Below, one piece after another: positions 1 through 13,000 of a DNA stretch of 60,925 nucleotides. The notes under the pieces are model-generated. The model ran no database searches. It had not been told where the DNA came from and saw nothing but the letters and a program-made list of their open reading frames with translations. The position numbers and the translations under genes were made by a program. Position 1 is the first letter of the stretch. Each line of letters begins with the position of its first letter. Source of the stretch: a virus (taxonomy: Duplodnaviria > Caudoviricetes); IMG/VR virus record IMGVR_UViG_3300030419_007265, positions 1 to 60,925 of that record. The stretch is one strand, 5' to 3'.

Positions 1-451
1 CACCTGTTCCACCTGTTCCACCTTGAGCGCCTTGAGAACCTTGGCTTCCTGTACCACCAGTACCTCCGGTACCGCCAGTTCCACCTGTGCCACCTGTGCC
101 ACCTTGTGCTCCTTGAGAACCTTGACTACCTTTACTACCTGTTCCTCCAGTACCTCCCGTGCCTCCTGTACCTCCTGTTCCACCTTGAGCGCCTTGAGAA
201 CCTTGACTTCCTGTACCACCAGTACCTCCGGTACCGCCAGTTCCACCAGTACCTCCTGTGCCGCCTTGAGCACCTTGACTTCCTATACCGCCTGTTCCGC
301 CTGTTCCACCTGTGCCTCCTGCGGCACCTTGGGAACCTTGACTCCCTACGCTACCTGTGCCACCAGTACCTCCTGTACCACCAGTACCCCCTGTACCACC
401 AGTACCTCCTGTACCACCGGTGCCACCGGAAGTTCCAGATGTTCCAGAGGT
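1..451 (-). repeat. Coding low-complexity repeat (GGT/GSQ/GAQ triplets)
   Basis: 9-nt periodicity, e.g. gtaccaccagtacctcc; translates to (Gly-Gly-Thr)n and Gly-X-Gln. Confidence 0.9.
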
Positions 452-3400
452 GGCAACCGCCTCTTCGATAAGGTTGCCAGAACTATCGACAGCCAGAGAC
501 TTAGCAGCAGTTCCCGTAAAACTCCCTGTGCCATAGCCTCCTAACTTAATTTCTCCATCAGCCTCGACCGTGAATTTATAAGTACCATTAATATTGACAC
601 CCAGAGCTTTTCCGGTACTCCCCGGCTCATCCATGCGCACGAGCAAGCAACTTGAGTTTCCGCTTGATGCAGTATTGTAAATCCTTGTGAACCAATCACC
701 CGTAACCGACTTAGTAACGTCCAAAGTGTAAGAAGGCCCAGTTGTTCCTATACCAACATTACCGTCACCCAATATAGCCATCTTGCTGCTGGGTCCGGCG
801 TTCCCTACGTCATTATTTGTAGCAAAATATAGATTAGTATTAGTGGCGCTTGTCGGTTGTGCGTAAATCTGTGAGCCTCTATTGTTGCCACTATTGCCAG
901 ACGTACTTGAAGTCCAAATTATACCAGAATATTTAGTAGTACTTTGTCCACCAAAATATAAAGATGCAAAATTAGCATTTTCTGTAGTTATTTCTAAACC
1001 TCTATGCCAACCACCATCTCTAACTACGTCGCCTTCAAAATACCCACCGCCATCGACGTGCAAAAGTTCAGAAGGAGCATCTGTTCCTATTCCAACTTTG
1101 CCATCAGATTTTATCGTCATCCTCGCAGCAGATGCTTGCGCTGTTGGAACGTGACTTGTTAAAAATGTTAGATCTGCCGAGCCATCATTCTCAGAGTTTC
1201 TTGTTCCTCTTATTTTTGCGTTAAAATTAGTTAAATCACCAGCACTAGCGGAAGTATTAAATATTAATTCTCCTCCGCCGCCAACAGTATTACTTCCATC
1301 TACGTCTAGATAAATTTGAGAAGTAGGCGACGATGCCATAGTAGATGCTACTGTAAGCAAAGCTAATGGAGCATTTGTACCTATTCCAACACTACTCTTT
1401 GCATAAACCTCACCTACATCCGACACCGTAAAGTTTTCTGTTGCTCCGTCCGTACTAATTGCAAGTGCCGTCTCTCCCGTATCAGCTTGCTGGATGTGAA
1501 CTACAGGTGTTGAGCCTCCAGTGGCGGAGAGCTGGGTAAAGCTAACCAGTTGTCTTGTTGCTGAAGCAACCGTCCTTGAAACATGAAGCCCTCTTCCTGT
1601 CCCTGACTGAAAAAATTGTCCCAAAGTATTTCCATCATTCGTTGTTCCACTGACATGTAATAGTGAGCTTGGAGCCGTTACTCCTATACCAACATTACCG
1701 TCGGTTTGAAGTGACATTATGTGAACTGGTGAGGCAGTAGGATTGGTAGAAGATAAATCACAAGTAAATGCCAATCTATCTCCTGTCGCACTAGTATCTG
1801 CTAGAGCTTGTATGCCCCACCACTGTCTATGGTTAGTTGAGCTGTTATACGAGTTAGAGCTTAAATATAAAATGGGAGAATTATAAGCACCTCCTGTGAA
1901 ATGATTATAAAGCTGCACATATCCATGATGAAATAAATCAGCATTAGACATCCCGACATTAACATCTAAAGCTGCAACACGGTTGTTGCCTTGATCTGGA
2001 TTATTTCTATGATAAATTTTTACAGTAGGCTTATCATCAGTAAAAGTATTTTCTGCTGAAACATATAAACGAGAGCCATCTGCACTTTGGACGCCAATCC
2101 CCACATTATCCGTAATCGTGCTAGGATGAATAGTGGTGCTAGTTCGCGTCCAAAATGAATCACCCGTATCTCCCTGAGGACCGATGACTCCTTGAACGCC
2201 TTGTGGACCTATAACCCCCTGAACCCCAACATCACCCTGAGGGCCTATGACACCTTGAACACCTTGAGCCCCGACATCCCCCTGAGGGCCTATGACACCT
2301 TGAACACCTTGAGCACCCGTATCACCTTGCGGGCCTATGACTCCTTGAACACCTTGAGGCCCAAGGGGACCGGCACCTCCTTGTGGTCCCTGAGGGCCAG
2401 CAGGACCTTGACTACCAGCGGTTCCTACTTGTGTAAAAACTTTGTTATTGCTATCGACAACAAGGTATCCAGTTTCAGCGGTTTTCGCTGTTAAAGTTTC
2501 AACTGTCAGACTGCCAGAAATTAAAGTGTTCTGTTTAAAAAAGGCATCTCCATCATTTTCAAAAATGAACAATGGATTAGCCGCCGATCCTTGTTGATTA
2601 ATATGAAAAGCATCTCCCGGCCCATAATACTCCAGAGACATGCCTCCTTCGTCGCTGCCAATTTCACTAAATTGAATTGCTGGACGTTTACTTGTGGTAG
2701 ATTTTAATAATAATAAATCTGTAGGAGAGCCGGCGGTTCCCGGTTTTTCGATTTGAACAGGAATGCCAGCATCATCCAAAGTAACATACTGACTAATAAC
2801 TAAATTATCCTGATCCGCATTGTAAGCAGCAACACCACTGTTAGTATTTCCATTGAAAAGTCCTGTCGGATAACCTGCTCCCGTAATAGAAGCTATTATA
2901 TCTCCCGATCCAAATTTTAAGGGATCCGAAAAAGGAGATGCGTCTCCATTACCAATAGTCCTTATTCTAAATTCATAATCAGCATAAGTATTTACAGGGT
3001 AAATAAAATGAGGCTCATATTCAGGCACCATAAAGCCTGAATAGTTTGTGGCAACAAGAACCCCTGTCTGGCCTGTAATTTGCGCTCCTATCCCTATATT
3101 GCTCTCTTCTGAACTCGCATTACCCTCAGAACTTCCCCATTCGCCCCCTTCATAAGCTGTTAAATACGTACCGGAATAAACATTACCTGAAATGAGGCCT
3201 CCTCCTCCGGGAAATTCAAATTCACTAGAGCCGGTATTAAATTCTCCTCCCCAAAATATTTTAGGCTTAGTAGTGTTTCCAGCAGCAATAGCTACTTCAT
3301 ATACGCTGGCCTGCCCGGTGGCAAAACCCGCTGGCATATTTGCATCGTTATCAAGTATAAGAGTATGATCTAACCATTGTATACCCGTAGTCTGATATGG

Positions 3401-4582
3401 TGAAAAAATTGGCGTAGCCGCCTCTCCACTGTATGCGTAATCCTGTAAAGTTCTATTTAACGTAAAAAATCTTTTGTCCAAACGGCCGCTACCGGTACCA
3501 TGCACAAAAGTACTTACCCCTCCTACTTGCGGATTTGAAACATTAAAGTAATCATTTTTATCAAAATCAGTTCCACTTTCTACAACTCTAACTTCATAAA
3601 GAGCATTGTTTGCCCCTACATCTCTGTTTATTTTGGCTATAACATTAGTGTCAATATATTTATTAAATGAATCTCTAATAGCCAAAACCCTACCGTCTAA
3701 ACCGCTAGCTTCAATATTAAAAAGCAACGGATCCATATTATAAGGTTTTACCGACGAAGGATAATAGTAGGCAGCTCCTGTTCCAAAATTATCTTCAATA
3801 ACTGCAGCATAATAAAAACCTGAATCTGCAGGAGGTAAAAAAGAAACATCTAATGAATTTTGAGAATATTCCCCTAAATTAAATCTAACTTCAACGTCTG
3901 GAGGCTCTACGCCAGATTCTAAATCAATATTAAAACCCTCAATTGTAGCCCCAAATATACTAACATTTTTTAAGCCTGATACTTTAGTCGACTTTATATT
4001 AAACCCTATTTCTTGGCCTATAGACAGGTCAATTCCTGTTACATCAGGACTAGGGCATTGTAAAAAATAAATACCAGTGTCGGTTCGATCATAATAATCC
4101 GTAGAAATAACTTCGAGTTGAAATCTTCTTTTATTAACAGCTAAGGGGTCATCATTAGAAGTAGGAAGATCATGTAAATCAAATCTTTCCGTAATATCAG
4201 CAGTGCTTAATTGTATTTGATTCTGTTTATATCCGGTTTCTAAGTTACCGATATAAAATCCAGTCTCACTTCTTAAATTAATTTCAAATCCCTTAAAAGC
4301 ACTTAAGGCATATAGATCCTCCGGGTCAAATACTAAGTCATTCGATGGGTTTACTAAATTCCATTTTACGAGAGGGTCTTGCACATAAAACTCACCGCTT
4401 GCTACGCGCACATCAGGAGCAATACCTGAACCTCCGCTAAAAAGGGCCAATGACCCATCATACGGTACTGGTTCACGACCGGGGGATCCCTCTTGCTGGT
4501 TCGCGACATAAAAACCAGAAACCTTAAGAGCTCCTCCAAAATCTTGAGGAGTTTGCGAAATGAGTTTATTAAAAACAGGCAT
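1..4582 (-). CDS. Long tail fibre/adhesin with Gly-X-Y and (GGT)n repeats, 3'-truncated at window edge (>1500 aa)
   Basis: Not in the ORF track, consistent with running off the edge. ATG at 4582 ([17 protein letters not shown]...). The same frame reads [13 protein letters not shown] at ~2170 and [17 protein letters not shown] at 1-451, and has DGNVGIG-type fibre motifs. I spot-checked the frame but not every codon. Confidence 0.8.
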   Translation of the reverse strand, partial: MPVFNKLISQTPQDFGGALKVSGFYVANQQEGSPGREPVPYDGSLALFSGGSGIAPDVRVASGEFYVQDPLVKWNLVNPSNDLVFDPEDLYALSAFKGFEINLRSETGFYIGNLETGYKQNQIQLSTADITERFDLHDLPTSNDDPLAVNKRRFQLEVISTDYYDRTDTGIYFLQCPSPDVTGIDLSIGQEIGFNIKSTKVSGLKNVSIFGATIEGFNIDLESGVEPPDVEVRFNLGEYSQNSLDVSFLPPADSGFYYAAVIEDNFGTGAAYYYPSSVKPYNMDPLLFNIEASGLDGRVLAIRDSFNKYIDTNVIAKINRDVGANNALYEVRVVESGTDFDKNDYFNVSNPQVGGVSTFVHGTGSGRLDKRFFTLNRTLQDYAYSGEAATPIFSPYQTTGIQWLDHTLILDNDANMPAGFATGQASVYEVAIAAGNTTKPKIFWGGEFNTGSSEFEFPGGGGLISGNVYSGTYLTAYEGGEWGSSEGNASSEESNIGIGAQITGQTGVLVATNYSGFMVPEYEPHFIYPVNTYADYEFRIRTIGNGDASPFSDPLKFGSGDIIASITGAGYPTGLFNGNTNSGVAAYNADQDNLVISQYVTLDDAGIPVQIEKPGTAGSPTDLLLLKSTTSKRPAIQFSEIGSDEGGMSLEYYGPGDAFHINQQGSAANPLFIFENDGDAFFKQNTLISGSLTVETLTAKTAETGYLVVDSNNKVFTQVGTAGSQGPAGPQGPQGGAGPLGPQGVQGVIGPQGDTGAQGVQGVIGPQGDVGAQGVQGVIGPQGDVGVQGVIGPQGVQGVIGPQGDTGDSFWTRTSTTIHPSTITDNVGIGVQSADGSRLYVSAENTFTDDKPTVKIYHRNNPDQGNNRVAALDVNVGMSNADLFHHGYVQLYNHFTGGAYNSPILYLSSNSYNSSTNHRQWWGIQALADTSATGDRLAFTCDLSSTNPTASPVHIMSLQTDGNVGIGVTAPSSLLHVSGTTNDGNTLGQFFQSGTGRGLHVSRTVASATRQLVSFTQLSATGGSTPVVHIQQADTGETALAISTDGATENFTVSDVGEVYAKSSVGIGTNAPLALLTVASTMASSPTSQIYLDVDGSNTVGGGGELIFNTSASAGDLTNFNAKIRGTRNSENDGSADLTFLTSHVPTAQASAARMTIKSDGKVGIGTDAPSELLHVDGGGYFEGDVVRDGGWHRGLEITTENANFASLYFGGQSTTKYSGIIWTSSTSGNSGNNRGSQIYAQPTSATNTNLYFATNNDVGNAGPSSKMAILGDGNVGIGTTGPSYTLDVTKSVTGDWFTRIYNTASSGNSSCLLVRMDEPGSTGKALGVNINGTYKFTVEADGEIKLGGYGTGSFTGTAAKSLAVDSSGNLIEEAVATSGTSGTSGGTGGTGGTGGTGGTGGTGGTGGTGSVGSQGSQGAAGGTGGTGGTGGIGSQGAQGGTGGTGGTGGTGGTGGTGSQGSQGAQGGTGGTGGTGGTGGTGSKGSQGSQGAQGGTGGTGGTGGTGGTGGTGSQGSQGAQGGTGGTG
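2162..2430 (-). repeat. Collagen-like Gly-X-Y coding repeat
   Basis: [12 protein letters not shown] triplets; DNA repeat cctgagggcctatgacaccttgaacaccttgagc occurs twice. Confidence 0.9.
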
Positions 4583-4594
4583 TTATTTTTTATT

Positions 4595-7500
4595 CTAGCT
4601 ACCGTCCACACCGAGACCCAGATCTTCAGGAGTGTAATTTGTGTTATATCTATAAATAGTCACATTTATATCATTCTGGCTCGTATTAGCACCTAAAAAC
4701 ACATTACACGTAGTTTGATCATACCCTTCAAGGGCAAACCTCACCCTCTCACCGCTATTTTTTGTCACTTCTACAATGTATCCGCCAGTATTCTCCGGGG
4801 TAACATCATTTTGAATTCTTAAATTATCAAAATTTATCTTTAAATATTGATCTTCAAGCCCTCCATCTAGATGTTGTTTTTGATGAGGAAATGAAGCATT
4901 AAAAGATGGCAATCGTTTTTCTTTCTTCATCTCCTCTGTTATTGTTACAATATCGTTATTCAAAACAACACCTGTAGAGCTTAAAGCTGCGGGCAAATTA
5001 GCTGTAGTAAATTCAGTTGTCAGAGACTTAGATTGTTGTGTCCTATCAAGATCTTTAGTTCTATCAACGGAGGCAAACTTGCTCTCATTATACATCATGC
5101 CTGTAACCTGATATTCATTAGAACTATTTTCAACTACGGAAAGCACTCTATATTCTATTTCTTCTATTTTATATTCAGTCGCCGTATTTTGCATTGACCA
5201 AATATATCCATTCTTCAGCAAATTAAAATCTTCATCAGTTGTTTCTGAAATGGTAACTACATTTGTTTCCGAGACACTAGCCACTGTAAATTGTTTTATT
5301 TGAGGCTGCCTAAATTCGTCTATTTCGGTAGATGTTAAACCTTCAGGTTCAACGGCATCCTCAACGGCAATTTTTATCTTTCCTTCCGCTTTTTTATTTA
5401 ACTCTCTTACCGATAAACTAGACTTAGGAATCACTACAGTAATTTTTTGTCCTACTACACCCTCTTCAATTCCTTCATCTAAGGTAATTTCCCTCGCTGC
5501 ATAATTTACATTCTTTACGCGCCCGCCATATCTCTTCTTAGTCCTCAATTTGTCTTGAATTTTTATTACATCAGATGGGCGCAAATAACTACCTTCTTGC
5601 CCCGTTGAGAATTGAACTGTATCAGTTTCAGTTTGCGTAGTATAAAGCAACCATTTTGCTAACCTATTGGCTTGAGCTCTAGAGGTTATACCTAATCCTA
5701 TTATTTCTTTTTCAGAATAGCCATATTCTCTAATACCTGCTGCATCTTCAATATATTCTACTTTAGGCTTGTAACTATCAGAAGCGTCATTATACCTTAC
5801 CTGAACAGCGGTAGATCTTGAGGTGGAAGAACTCCCACTATAAACAAAATTTCCATCTTTAACGTTGGCATTTGTAAACAACATTACAGCAGATTTTTTT
5901 TGGTCATTGGCTACAAACATATAGCCTGTTGACCAGTAAATCATTCCTCGGAATATAGACGCAATATCATTTAAAGCATCGAAGGCATTTTTTTTGGCAT
6001 CTAAATATAAATTACAACTAAACCTCGGCTCTAATAACGGCAAATAACCCATAAACTCAACAGCGCATGAACCTTGCGTAATTAAAGGGTCTAGCGGCTC
6101 ACCTTGTAAATAATCTACAACGTAGGGTTTATCACTGTCCTGCTGATCCAGCAAACGACGTATTAAATATTCTTGCGCACTAAAAAAAGTTTTCTTTTTC
6201 TCCCTAATGAACTCTTCCTCTACTTCGCTATATTCTCTAAACACAGCATCTGTGGTAGGTATTTTAACTATTTTAAAAGTAAATTTTCCATTCGTACCTG
6301 CGGTTCCAGTATAAGACTGATCCACAATGAGACGCCTATAAGCTTTGTCCATCTCTGTACCAGCTCCATTTTTGGTATCATATAGGCAAACAGCCGCACC
6401 CTTGGGAAAACGTTGTTTAAATATCTCCTCTCCCAGAGATGTTGAACTGTCGTCGATTGTAACGATAACCCCTCCCTCATCGATAGTAAAGCTTGACTCT
6501 TTATAGGCGGGAGAAAAACCAGTAGGCACTAGCTCATCACAGTATTTAGCAATACTATATAAATTCCACCTATCTAAAAGATCCGATCTAAAACCAAATT
6601 TAGAAACTCCATATCTAGTATTGGTAGCCAAGTCATAAAAGCACCAAGCAGGATTGTCGGTCCATTTTTTTTCAAGAGAGAACTGGCCGTCCCAATTTCC
6701 ATTATATGTTCTCTGATCAGGATCATAATTATTAGGAACTTTAACTTTTGTTAGCTTGCAGTCAAACCTTCTGGTAGGTGGAGATGAAAATGCTCTACCA
6801 TCAAAGATCATCCCCATTAAGGCGCTATGGGGATAGGTTAATTTAGTATTTACAATCTCGCTGATTGTGCCCACAGCTAAACCTTTTTGAACTTTAACAT
6901 TTTCAACTCCTAGCTCTTGATCCGTTCGGATAATTTTAACAAACCTATCCCTATTGGTGTCAGTACTAACGGGTAATTGGATGTTATAGCTCCTAGTATA
7001 GCCGCTATTAGTTTTACCAAAAATTCCACAAAAGCGATAAGCAACCGAACCACCTTCAGCTATGGTTAATTCATCTCCAACATAACCTGTTTTTATCAAA
7101 AAGTTTACAGCAGAAGGAGAAATTTTACCATCACTATGATTATACATCAGGCCTCCGGGAATCTTCATATCTATTTGCACGTCAGTACAACTATCATTAG
7201 TGATAGTGTGGATAATAGAAACAACTTGAGCCCTCTCGGCTTTTCTGACTTTCCTTATAAAATCTGCGTCCAATATAGGATAAACACAATTTCTACCATA
7301 AGCTCCAACTGAATGTCCCCACTCATTTAAAAATCCTTTGTTATTTATATTAATTTTATTTTTACGCTTTAAATCTTCACCAAACGGCCCTTTTGGAACA
7401 AAAACATTTAAAGCCTCTCCATAATCAATTAATTTATTGCTAGAATTTAGCCCCGGAAGCATTGTTTCTATATTCAAAGTTTGCACACTGTTCGTAAAAG

Positions 7501-7918
7501 ATAGAGAAGGGTTTGTAAAAGAAGATAAGGCTCGTTGCTTTTCGGTTCCTACTCTGAAATCTGCAAAAACTCTATTATAATTCAAAGTATTAACATGTGT
7601 ATTTTTTACTGCAACATCATTTAAATATATGCCCTGAAACCCATCTTCATTTTTATTAGCATCTGAAGTTAATTGTATTAAATCTCCATTTTGATTACAT
7701 AATCCCGCTATTTCACCTTCGCATAAAACATCAATTGTTTGGTAGAGGCTTACAGTTTCAAGGTAATAATTTTGAGAATATTCTAGAGCATTTGGACAGA
7801 CGCTCCAAAAAGCTTCCTCTTCTACTGGACTTTTGTATATTCCCTTTTGCTCTAATCCCCCCTTGCCTACGCCAACGTTTGTAGAGGGCTTTAAGAGAGT
7901 TCCTGTATCAAAATTCAT
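4595..7918 (-). CDS. Tail tip / host-specificity protein (lambda gpJ-like)
   Basis: YPHSAL...VKVPNNYDP...WDGQF...WTDNPAWCFYDL...RYG and EPRFSCN motifs typical of gpJ; position next to I/K/L. Confidence 0.92.
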   Translation of the reverse strand: MNFDTGTLLKPSTNVGVGKGGLEQKGIYKSPVEEEAFWSVCPNALEYSQNYYLETVSLYQTIDVLCEGEIAGLCNQNGDLIQLTSDANKNEDGFQGIYLNDVAVKNTHVNTLNYNRVFADFRVGTEKQRALSSFTNPSLSFTNSVQTLNIETMLPGLNSSNKLIDYGEALNVFVPKGPFGEDLKRKNKININNKGFLNEWGHSVGAYGRNCVYPILDADFIRKVRKAERAQVVSIIHTITNDSCTDVQIDMKIPGGLMYNHSDGKISPSAVNFLIKTGYVGDELTIAEGGSVAYRFCGIFGKTNSGYTRSYNIQLPVSTDTNRDRFVKIIRTDQELGVENVKVQKGLAVGTISEIVNTKLTYPHSALMGMIFDGRAFSSPPTRRFDCKLTKVKVPNNYDPDQRTYNGNWDGQFSLEKKWTDNPAWCFYDLATNTRYGVSKFGFRSDLLDRWNLYSIAKYCDELVPTGFSPAYKESSFTIDEGGVIVTIDDSSTSLGEEIFKQRFPKGAAVCLYDTKNGAGTEMDKAYRRLIVDQSYTGTAGTNGKFTFKIVKIPTTDAVFREYSEVEEEFIREKKKTFFSAQEYLIRRLLDQQDSDKPYVVDYLQGEPLDPLITQGSCAVEFMGYLPLLEPRFSCNLYLDAKKNAFDALNDIASIFRGMIYWSTGYMFVANDQKKSAVMLFTNANVKDGNFVYSGSSSTSRSTAVQVRYNDASDSYKPKVEYIEDAAGIREYGYSEKEIIGLGITSRAQANRLAKWLLYTTQTETDTVQFSTGQEGSYLRPSDVIKIQDKLRTKKRYGGRVKNVNYAAREITLDEGIEEGVVGQKITVVIPKSSLSVRELNKKAEGKIKIAVEDAVEPEGLTSTEIDEFRQPQIKQFTVASVSETNVVTISETTDEDFNLLKNGYIWSMQNTATEYKIEEIEYRVLSVVENSSNEYQVTGMMYNESKFASVDRTKDLDRTQQSKSLTTEFTTANLPAALSSTGVVLNNDIVTITEEMKKEKRLPSFNASFPHQKQHLDGGLEDQYLKINFDNLRIQNDVTPENTGGYIVEVTKNSGERVRFALEGYDQTTCNVFLGANTSQNDINVTIYRYNTNYTPEDLGLGVDGS

Positions 7919-7919
7919 T

Positions 7920-8594
7920 TTAAGAGCTTCCTCCTGCTATTAATGATGATACTTGTATAACTCCATCTGAAGTTATAACATCACCTTTATTAGATTCATT
8001 TTTTAGCTTGAGAATATCATATAAACCCGCCCCACTTCTATCATATACAGCCCTATCTACACTAAACATATTAACAGAAACTACTCTGCTTCCGATCTGC
8101 ATTCTCCCATAGCCCACAGGAACTACAACGCCCTGCTTGGTAACATTTTCAGCTTGACCAAATAAGAAAGAAGTAGTATTAAGGCTTTCAGGGTCATCGG
8201 GAGCCATAAGTTTTGTAATTAACATATTTAAGCCAAAAGCTAAGGCTCCACTAACCAAAGTCCCTACCACAAAAGTTGCTATCTTGGAACCTGCCAACCC
8301 CATTGCGCCCACAATCGCAGTGGTTAGAGTTGCGGCTACCGCACCAAAAAGCATCGGAATAATTAATATTTCTTTACCTTTTACATTAATATTTAATGAA
8401 AAATCTTTTCCGGTTAATTCTTTGCCATTGATAAAAATAGCAAAAGTGCGCCGCCCATTGCAGCCAAAATAACTTCTCAGCTTTCCTGTGTTTGCTTCTA
8501 CGGCAGCCAAAGTCTCTTTCAGGGTTCTTGTGCTGAAAGAAAAGCTTTTGCCCACTATCTTGCCGAGCCTGCCCTCTAGGAAAACTTTAGTCAT
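7920..8594 (-). CDS. Tail assembly protein (lambda gpI-like)
   Basis: N-terminal ubiquitin-like segment, hydrophobic middle, QGVVVPVGYGRMQIGSRVVS motif. Confidence 0.85.
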   Translation of the reverse strand: MTKVFLEGRLGKIVGKSFSFSTRTLKETLAAVEANTGKLRSYFGCNGRRTFAIFINGKELTGKDFSLNINVKGKEILIIPMLFGAVAATLTTAIVGAMGLAGSKIATFVVGTLVSGALAFGLNMLITKLMAPDDPESLNTTSFLFGQAENVTKQGVVVPVGYGRMQIGSRVVSVNMFSVDRAVYDRSGAGLYDILKLKNESNKGDVITSDGVIQVSSLIAGGSS

Positions 8595-8610
8595 TATCTA
8601 TTATTATACA

Positions 8611-9024
8611 CTATTCTATGGAAAAATAAATCGCCTTCTTTAATTTAAAGTCATATAAACAAAAATTTTTTTCAGGGACAGAATATATTAAGTTATCCAA
8701 ACAAGCCTCTTCTGAGGCGAAAATATCAATTTCACTCGGAACGGCAGCCCCAATGCAATGAGAATGAAATAAAAAAGAAAGTTTTTTAAAATTTTTCACA
8801 TAACTAGAAGGATCAATATCAAATCTTTTTTGAGGCTCTAGTGAAATATTTTTTAAAAAAAACAACTTATTGTAAGATCCTATCCCGCAAATCTCTATAT
8901 TAGAGTGAAGGTTAGAAACTCTTTGTATATTTTTTAAAAAAGAATAAGAAATACACTTAAAATCTGTATCTCTCGATAGACGGAAAACCCCCAAAGGGCA
9001 ATCCTTTTTGATATGCTTGTCCAT
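8611..9024 (-). CDS. JAB/MPN-domain tail assembly protein (gpK N-terminal-like); start uncertain
   Basis: EICG...FHSHC...PSEID JAMM motif; lies between L and I; overlaps the end of L. Confidence 0.75.
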   Translation of the reverse strand: MDKHIKKDCPLGVFRLSRDTDFKCISYSFLKNIQRVSNLHSNIEICGIGSYNKLFFLKNISLEPQKRFDIDPSSYVKNFKKLSFLFHSHCIGAAVPSEIDIFASEEACLDNLIYSVPEKNFCLYDFKLKKAIYFSIE

Positions 9025-9997
9025 ATTTAGCGTAACGGCATCGGCACGCCTCTAAATTTTTCGCGCACTGATCCCTTCTCCAATAAGAAAATTCGAATCG
9101 TGGATCTTTACCAGTAGCCGCAGCAATACAAACAAAAAAAGCATCAGGCCTACTTATAACATCCTCTTGGGAAGTTATTCCTTGTTTAGCTGGATTTTTA
9201 AACAGTGCTTTTATTCTTACGACGTCTCCGACTGAATAAGAAGTTGAAATATTATAATCCCCCCTCCAAGTCAAATTTAAATTATACCCATCTGGGTCAA
9301 CAAATAATTTATTATGCTCATCTGCAATAGGTATTCCTAAATTACCATCAGTGCCAAAAAACTGAGCAGGAGTCACTTCTGTTCCGTTAGGCATTCCGAC
9401 CTTTTGTTCGTCATAATCAGGTCTTCTACCGTAAGCGCAACCATCTCCTCGATACTGCCACGGACAGTAATTAGCTATCATTGTACGAGCTGGAACCTGA
9501 ATATCTTCTAATTCTAAAGGCGAAATTAATTCAAACTCTATATAAAATTTATTTTCTTGAACCTTGCGGTTTACCACAAAATAATCATCATCGAACCTAG
9601 CTGTCGGATCTGGTATACCAAATGGATTAAAATTACTTGGAAAATTAACATTATCTAAATGTTTTAAAAAAATTCTTTTTCTTACCACTTCTCTTCCCGC
9701 GAGATCTGATCTATTTTTAATCAAATCAGTTATTATTCCTTGGGGATTAGCTATCACTAGCTTAGGTCTAGGCAATTGACCATCTCCTCGAACTTCAAAA
9801 TTAGTAGCTTCTATTGGAAGTGCATAATAAGTATGAGGAACGCCTTTATCATCACTTAGGACTATATCTTTAAGATTATTTTTACCCGGATGAAACCGGT
9901 AGTACCCCAACTGTTCCCCTAAATCGAGCTCATAAAGCTCTATTACAGTTTCAGCTTCTAGATTTGCGATTGCGGCGTTGTGTTCTTGCGAGGCCAT
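8957..9997 (-). CDS. Minor tail protein (lambda gpL-like)
   Basis: IELYELD, PIEA..FE..GDGQLPRPKL, CPWQYRGDGC, C-terminal C..C and LPFGGFP. Confidence 0.9.
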   Translation of the reverse strand: MASQEHNAAIANLEAETVIELYELDLGEQLGYYRFHPGKNNLKDIVLSDDKGVPHTYYALPIEATNFEVRGDGQLPRPKLVIANPQGIITDLIKNRSDLAGREVVRKRIFLKHLDNVNFPSNFNPFGIPDPTARFDDDYFVVNRKVQENKFYIEFELISPLELEDIQVPARTMIANYCPWQYRGDGCAYGRRPDYDEQKVGMPNGTEVTPAQFFGTDGNLGIPIADEHNKLFVDPDGYNLNLTWRGDYNISTSYSVGDVVRIKALFKNPAKQGITSQEDVISRPDAFFVCIAAATGKDPRFEFSYWRRDQCAKNLEACRCRYAKYGQAYQKGLPFGGFPSIERYRF

Positions 9998-10004
9998 TAT
10001 TCTG

Positions 10005-13000
10005 TTACCATCCTGTTGCTAAGTTAAATCCAGCATAACCATTATTTGCTGCTAAAGTATTTCGGTCGGCTTCATTATTGCGATTAGCTGAAGTTTTTAC
10101 TTTTAGTTTGCTGGAGGCTATATAGCTATATATAGCTCGGCGCTCTTCTGTGTTTAAATTTTTATTAAGCACTATTATATCACTTATACACCCATAAAAA
10201 CAGTTTAAATAACGAATGTCATTATACATGCTATTAGTTACGCCAATCCGAGGCAAACTTAACCAGCTATAAGAATTACCGGGAAAAACTTCTGACCCTC
10301 TCAACTCTAAATCGTTATATGTACCATAAGCAATTGATCCCCCTGTTCTTGTAGACGAAATACTATACATCCACGCACGCTGCGGGTCTTCTTCATTTGT
10401 AAAATCTCTGAACTGAAGAGGCTCAGTTCCCTTGGGTAATCCTGTGCCTTCATGCGTTTTACCGCTCTTAGTATAAACCCAGCTTGGATTTCTATAACTA
10501 TCTGCAGAATTATCAGCTCCTCCTATATCCGACCACTGGTGAAGAGCGAGAGCAAAATTGGTATTATATTTTTCTCTTAGCCTTAGAATCTCGTCGGCCC
10601 TCCAAGAATACCCCTTAAAAGTTCCTTCTAAATTTCCATCTACATACCAAGGGCTGTATTGCGAAGCAACCGCATTAGCCCCCGCTCCCGGATAGAAAAA
10701 ATAAATTATTTCAAAACTTTGCATGTCCTCTTCTAGTTTTGAGGATCCAACTATATTATTAATCTCAAGCGCAGTGTAAGTGTGTCCAAAAAACACAGTG
10801 TCGTGTCCATTAAAATATTGAGTATAAGAATTAGCTTGGGGCGTAGCAGCTAAAGTGGCCCCAGTTGACTGAGTTCTACTGCTCGAACTCGTTACAAAAA
10901 CCGGAACGTTGGGGGCGCCCCACGACAGCCGTGAATAAGGATCCATATAAATAGAGGCACTATTCATCGATGTCCATTTGGTAATATAATTATACCCGCC
11001 AGATGTGGTGCATGTAAATTTAGTGCTATCTTCAGTAGAAAACCAAGCTATTAATGAAGGGATATTGGACGGTGACACCATATTGTTTAAGCTGACCAAA
11101 TCGCCCAAAGAGCTATAATTACTATTTGTACTCACTACTTCAATAGCGGCTCCAGCAGAGCCTCCTGATTTGGCATCTCGCTGTTCTCCTTCCTTGACAT
11201 TAAATATACCCCCTTCAACCGCACTTAGAGCTCGCTCTCCATCTCCACCAAATATACCTCCAGCTCCTCCCGGAGAAAGCTTTAGCTGTGAGTTTTGAGA
11301 AGATCCCAATCCGGCAGCCTCCCTAGATCCCTTATGGTCATCTACAGTCAGTCCTTGCCCTTGCTTTAAATTTGAACCTCCGGCAGATTCGCTAAAGCCT
11401 TGCCCTCCTCCGCCTAGACCCGCCAGCTGTGTTCCAACTATATCCTGAAGTCCAAGATATAATTTCTGAATTGTTCCACTGGTTGTACCCCCCGGCGTAC
11501 TTCCAGAAGCTGCCCAAGATATTCCCTGTGAAACCTTAAAATCAAACTCAAAACCACTATTAGTTGCAAAATATTGTTCATCATAAGTCCTGTCTTTTCG
11601 GAGCCTAGAATACATAGTATCAAATTTGTAAACAGGAGCAATTTCAAATGCTCTCGGAAAGAAAAATGGATCTCCTCCCCCTCCTCCGCCTCCACCTCCG
11701 AATATGCGACTCGTTATGTCTCTTCTGATTCTAAATTTAGATTGCGAACTCGTAATTTTAATTGCTGAGCTGCCCGCAGAACCTACAGTTGATTCTACTG
11801 TAACGGGTTCTTTTATTTGTATTTTTCCTTCTATAATATTGATGGTATTATCAATATCTAAGACAATATCAGTATAACCTCCGTCTCCCCCTTTACCTCC
11901 ACACCCCATTACCGTAGAGTCTTTTTCTAAATTTAAAACAACATCTATTTCATTAGAACTATGATCAACAATAACATCTCCGGTTTGTATGCCCGGCGTG
12001 TCGCTGCTCTCAGAGCCAACTACAAAACCTTCTGGAACCACAAAATGAACCCCGGTGAAAGCGTACTCTGATTGAGATGGATCAAAATATTTAAGATCTA
12101 TATCTCTTCTGGAGACTTCTTCATCGAAAAGAGTTTTTAAATTAATATTAGATTGATTATTCTCAAAGTAAATATACAGCGCGCGCATGGATCCAGCTGG
12201 GTTTGCTATAACTCCTTTAGGTGAATTTGCTGCGCCCGCCGGTAAGGTGGTGCTTCCGCTTATCAATCCTTGATTAACGTCATTACTACTCACAGGAACA
12301 TTAAAGTTATCAACCGGATAACCATACACATAGTTACTTTCGTATTGAACCCCACTTAAACTAGATTCATCCTGACCCATATTAGAGGGAATTAAATATT
12401 GAGATTTTATTCGGTAATAATAATCCGCATCAAACCCTAATACATTTCCCGATACGGTGTATTCTCCATAATTAGAGTCATATTGCGGGTCTGTGCCTCG
12501 CGTATAACGCTGATTTATTCCGGTGTTAGTGGCAAATTTTCTAAAGTCAATGCTAGCAAAAAAATCAGAATCGGCAATTACTAAATCTTCATAATTGATT
12601 TCAAAAGTATGCAAACCGCTCCAGCTGCCTGTCGTGGCGGTACTGGTATCAATATTTCCAGCATACTCAACAGAATATTGAGTAAGAAAATAGCCGGTTT
12701 CTGGATGATACCAACGTAAAGTTTGCATGGGTTTTCCATCTAAGCCATAATCACTTTCAACCCTAAAACCAGATGGATAAGAAGGCAAAGCTGCAGACAT
12801 AGAACCATGGTAGCCCTGCGATCCCTGAGACCCAAAAATTCCAGTGACTTGACCTGTGACGTGAACTTTAATTCCCCCGCTAGGGTCAGGCTGTCCATTT
12901 TGCATAGAAACATTATTCAAAAGAAAAGTTCCGCTGTATCTTCCGCTGTTATCAGGACCACCCCATCCCTGAGGACCTGTGCCATGCGCAAACGAAGGAA

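Noticed and set aside
1-451. CRISPR-like or satellite repeat
   Set aside because: 9-nt codon-phased periodicity with no unique spacers; it is coding.
23-2494. Track ORFs 23-544, 106-471, 346-534, 882-1154 and 2192-2494
   Set aside because: Shadows of the repetitive minus-strand tail fibre frame.
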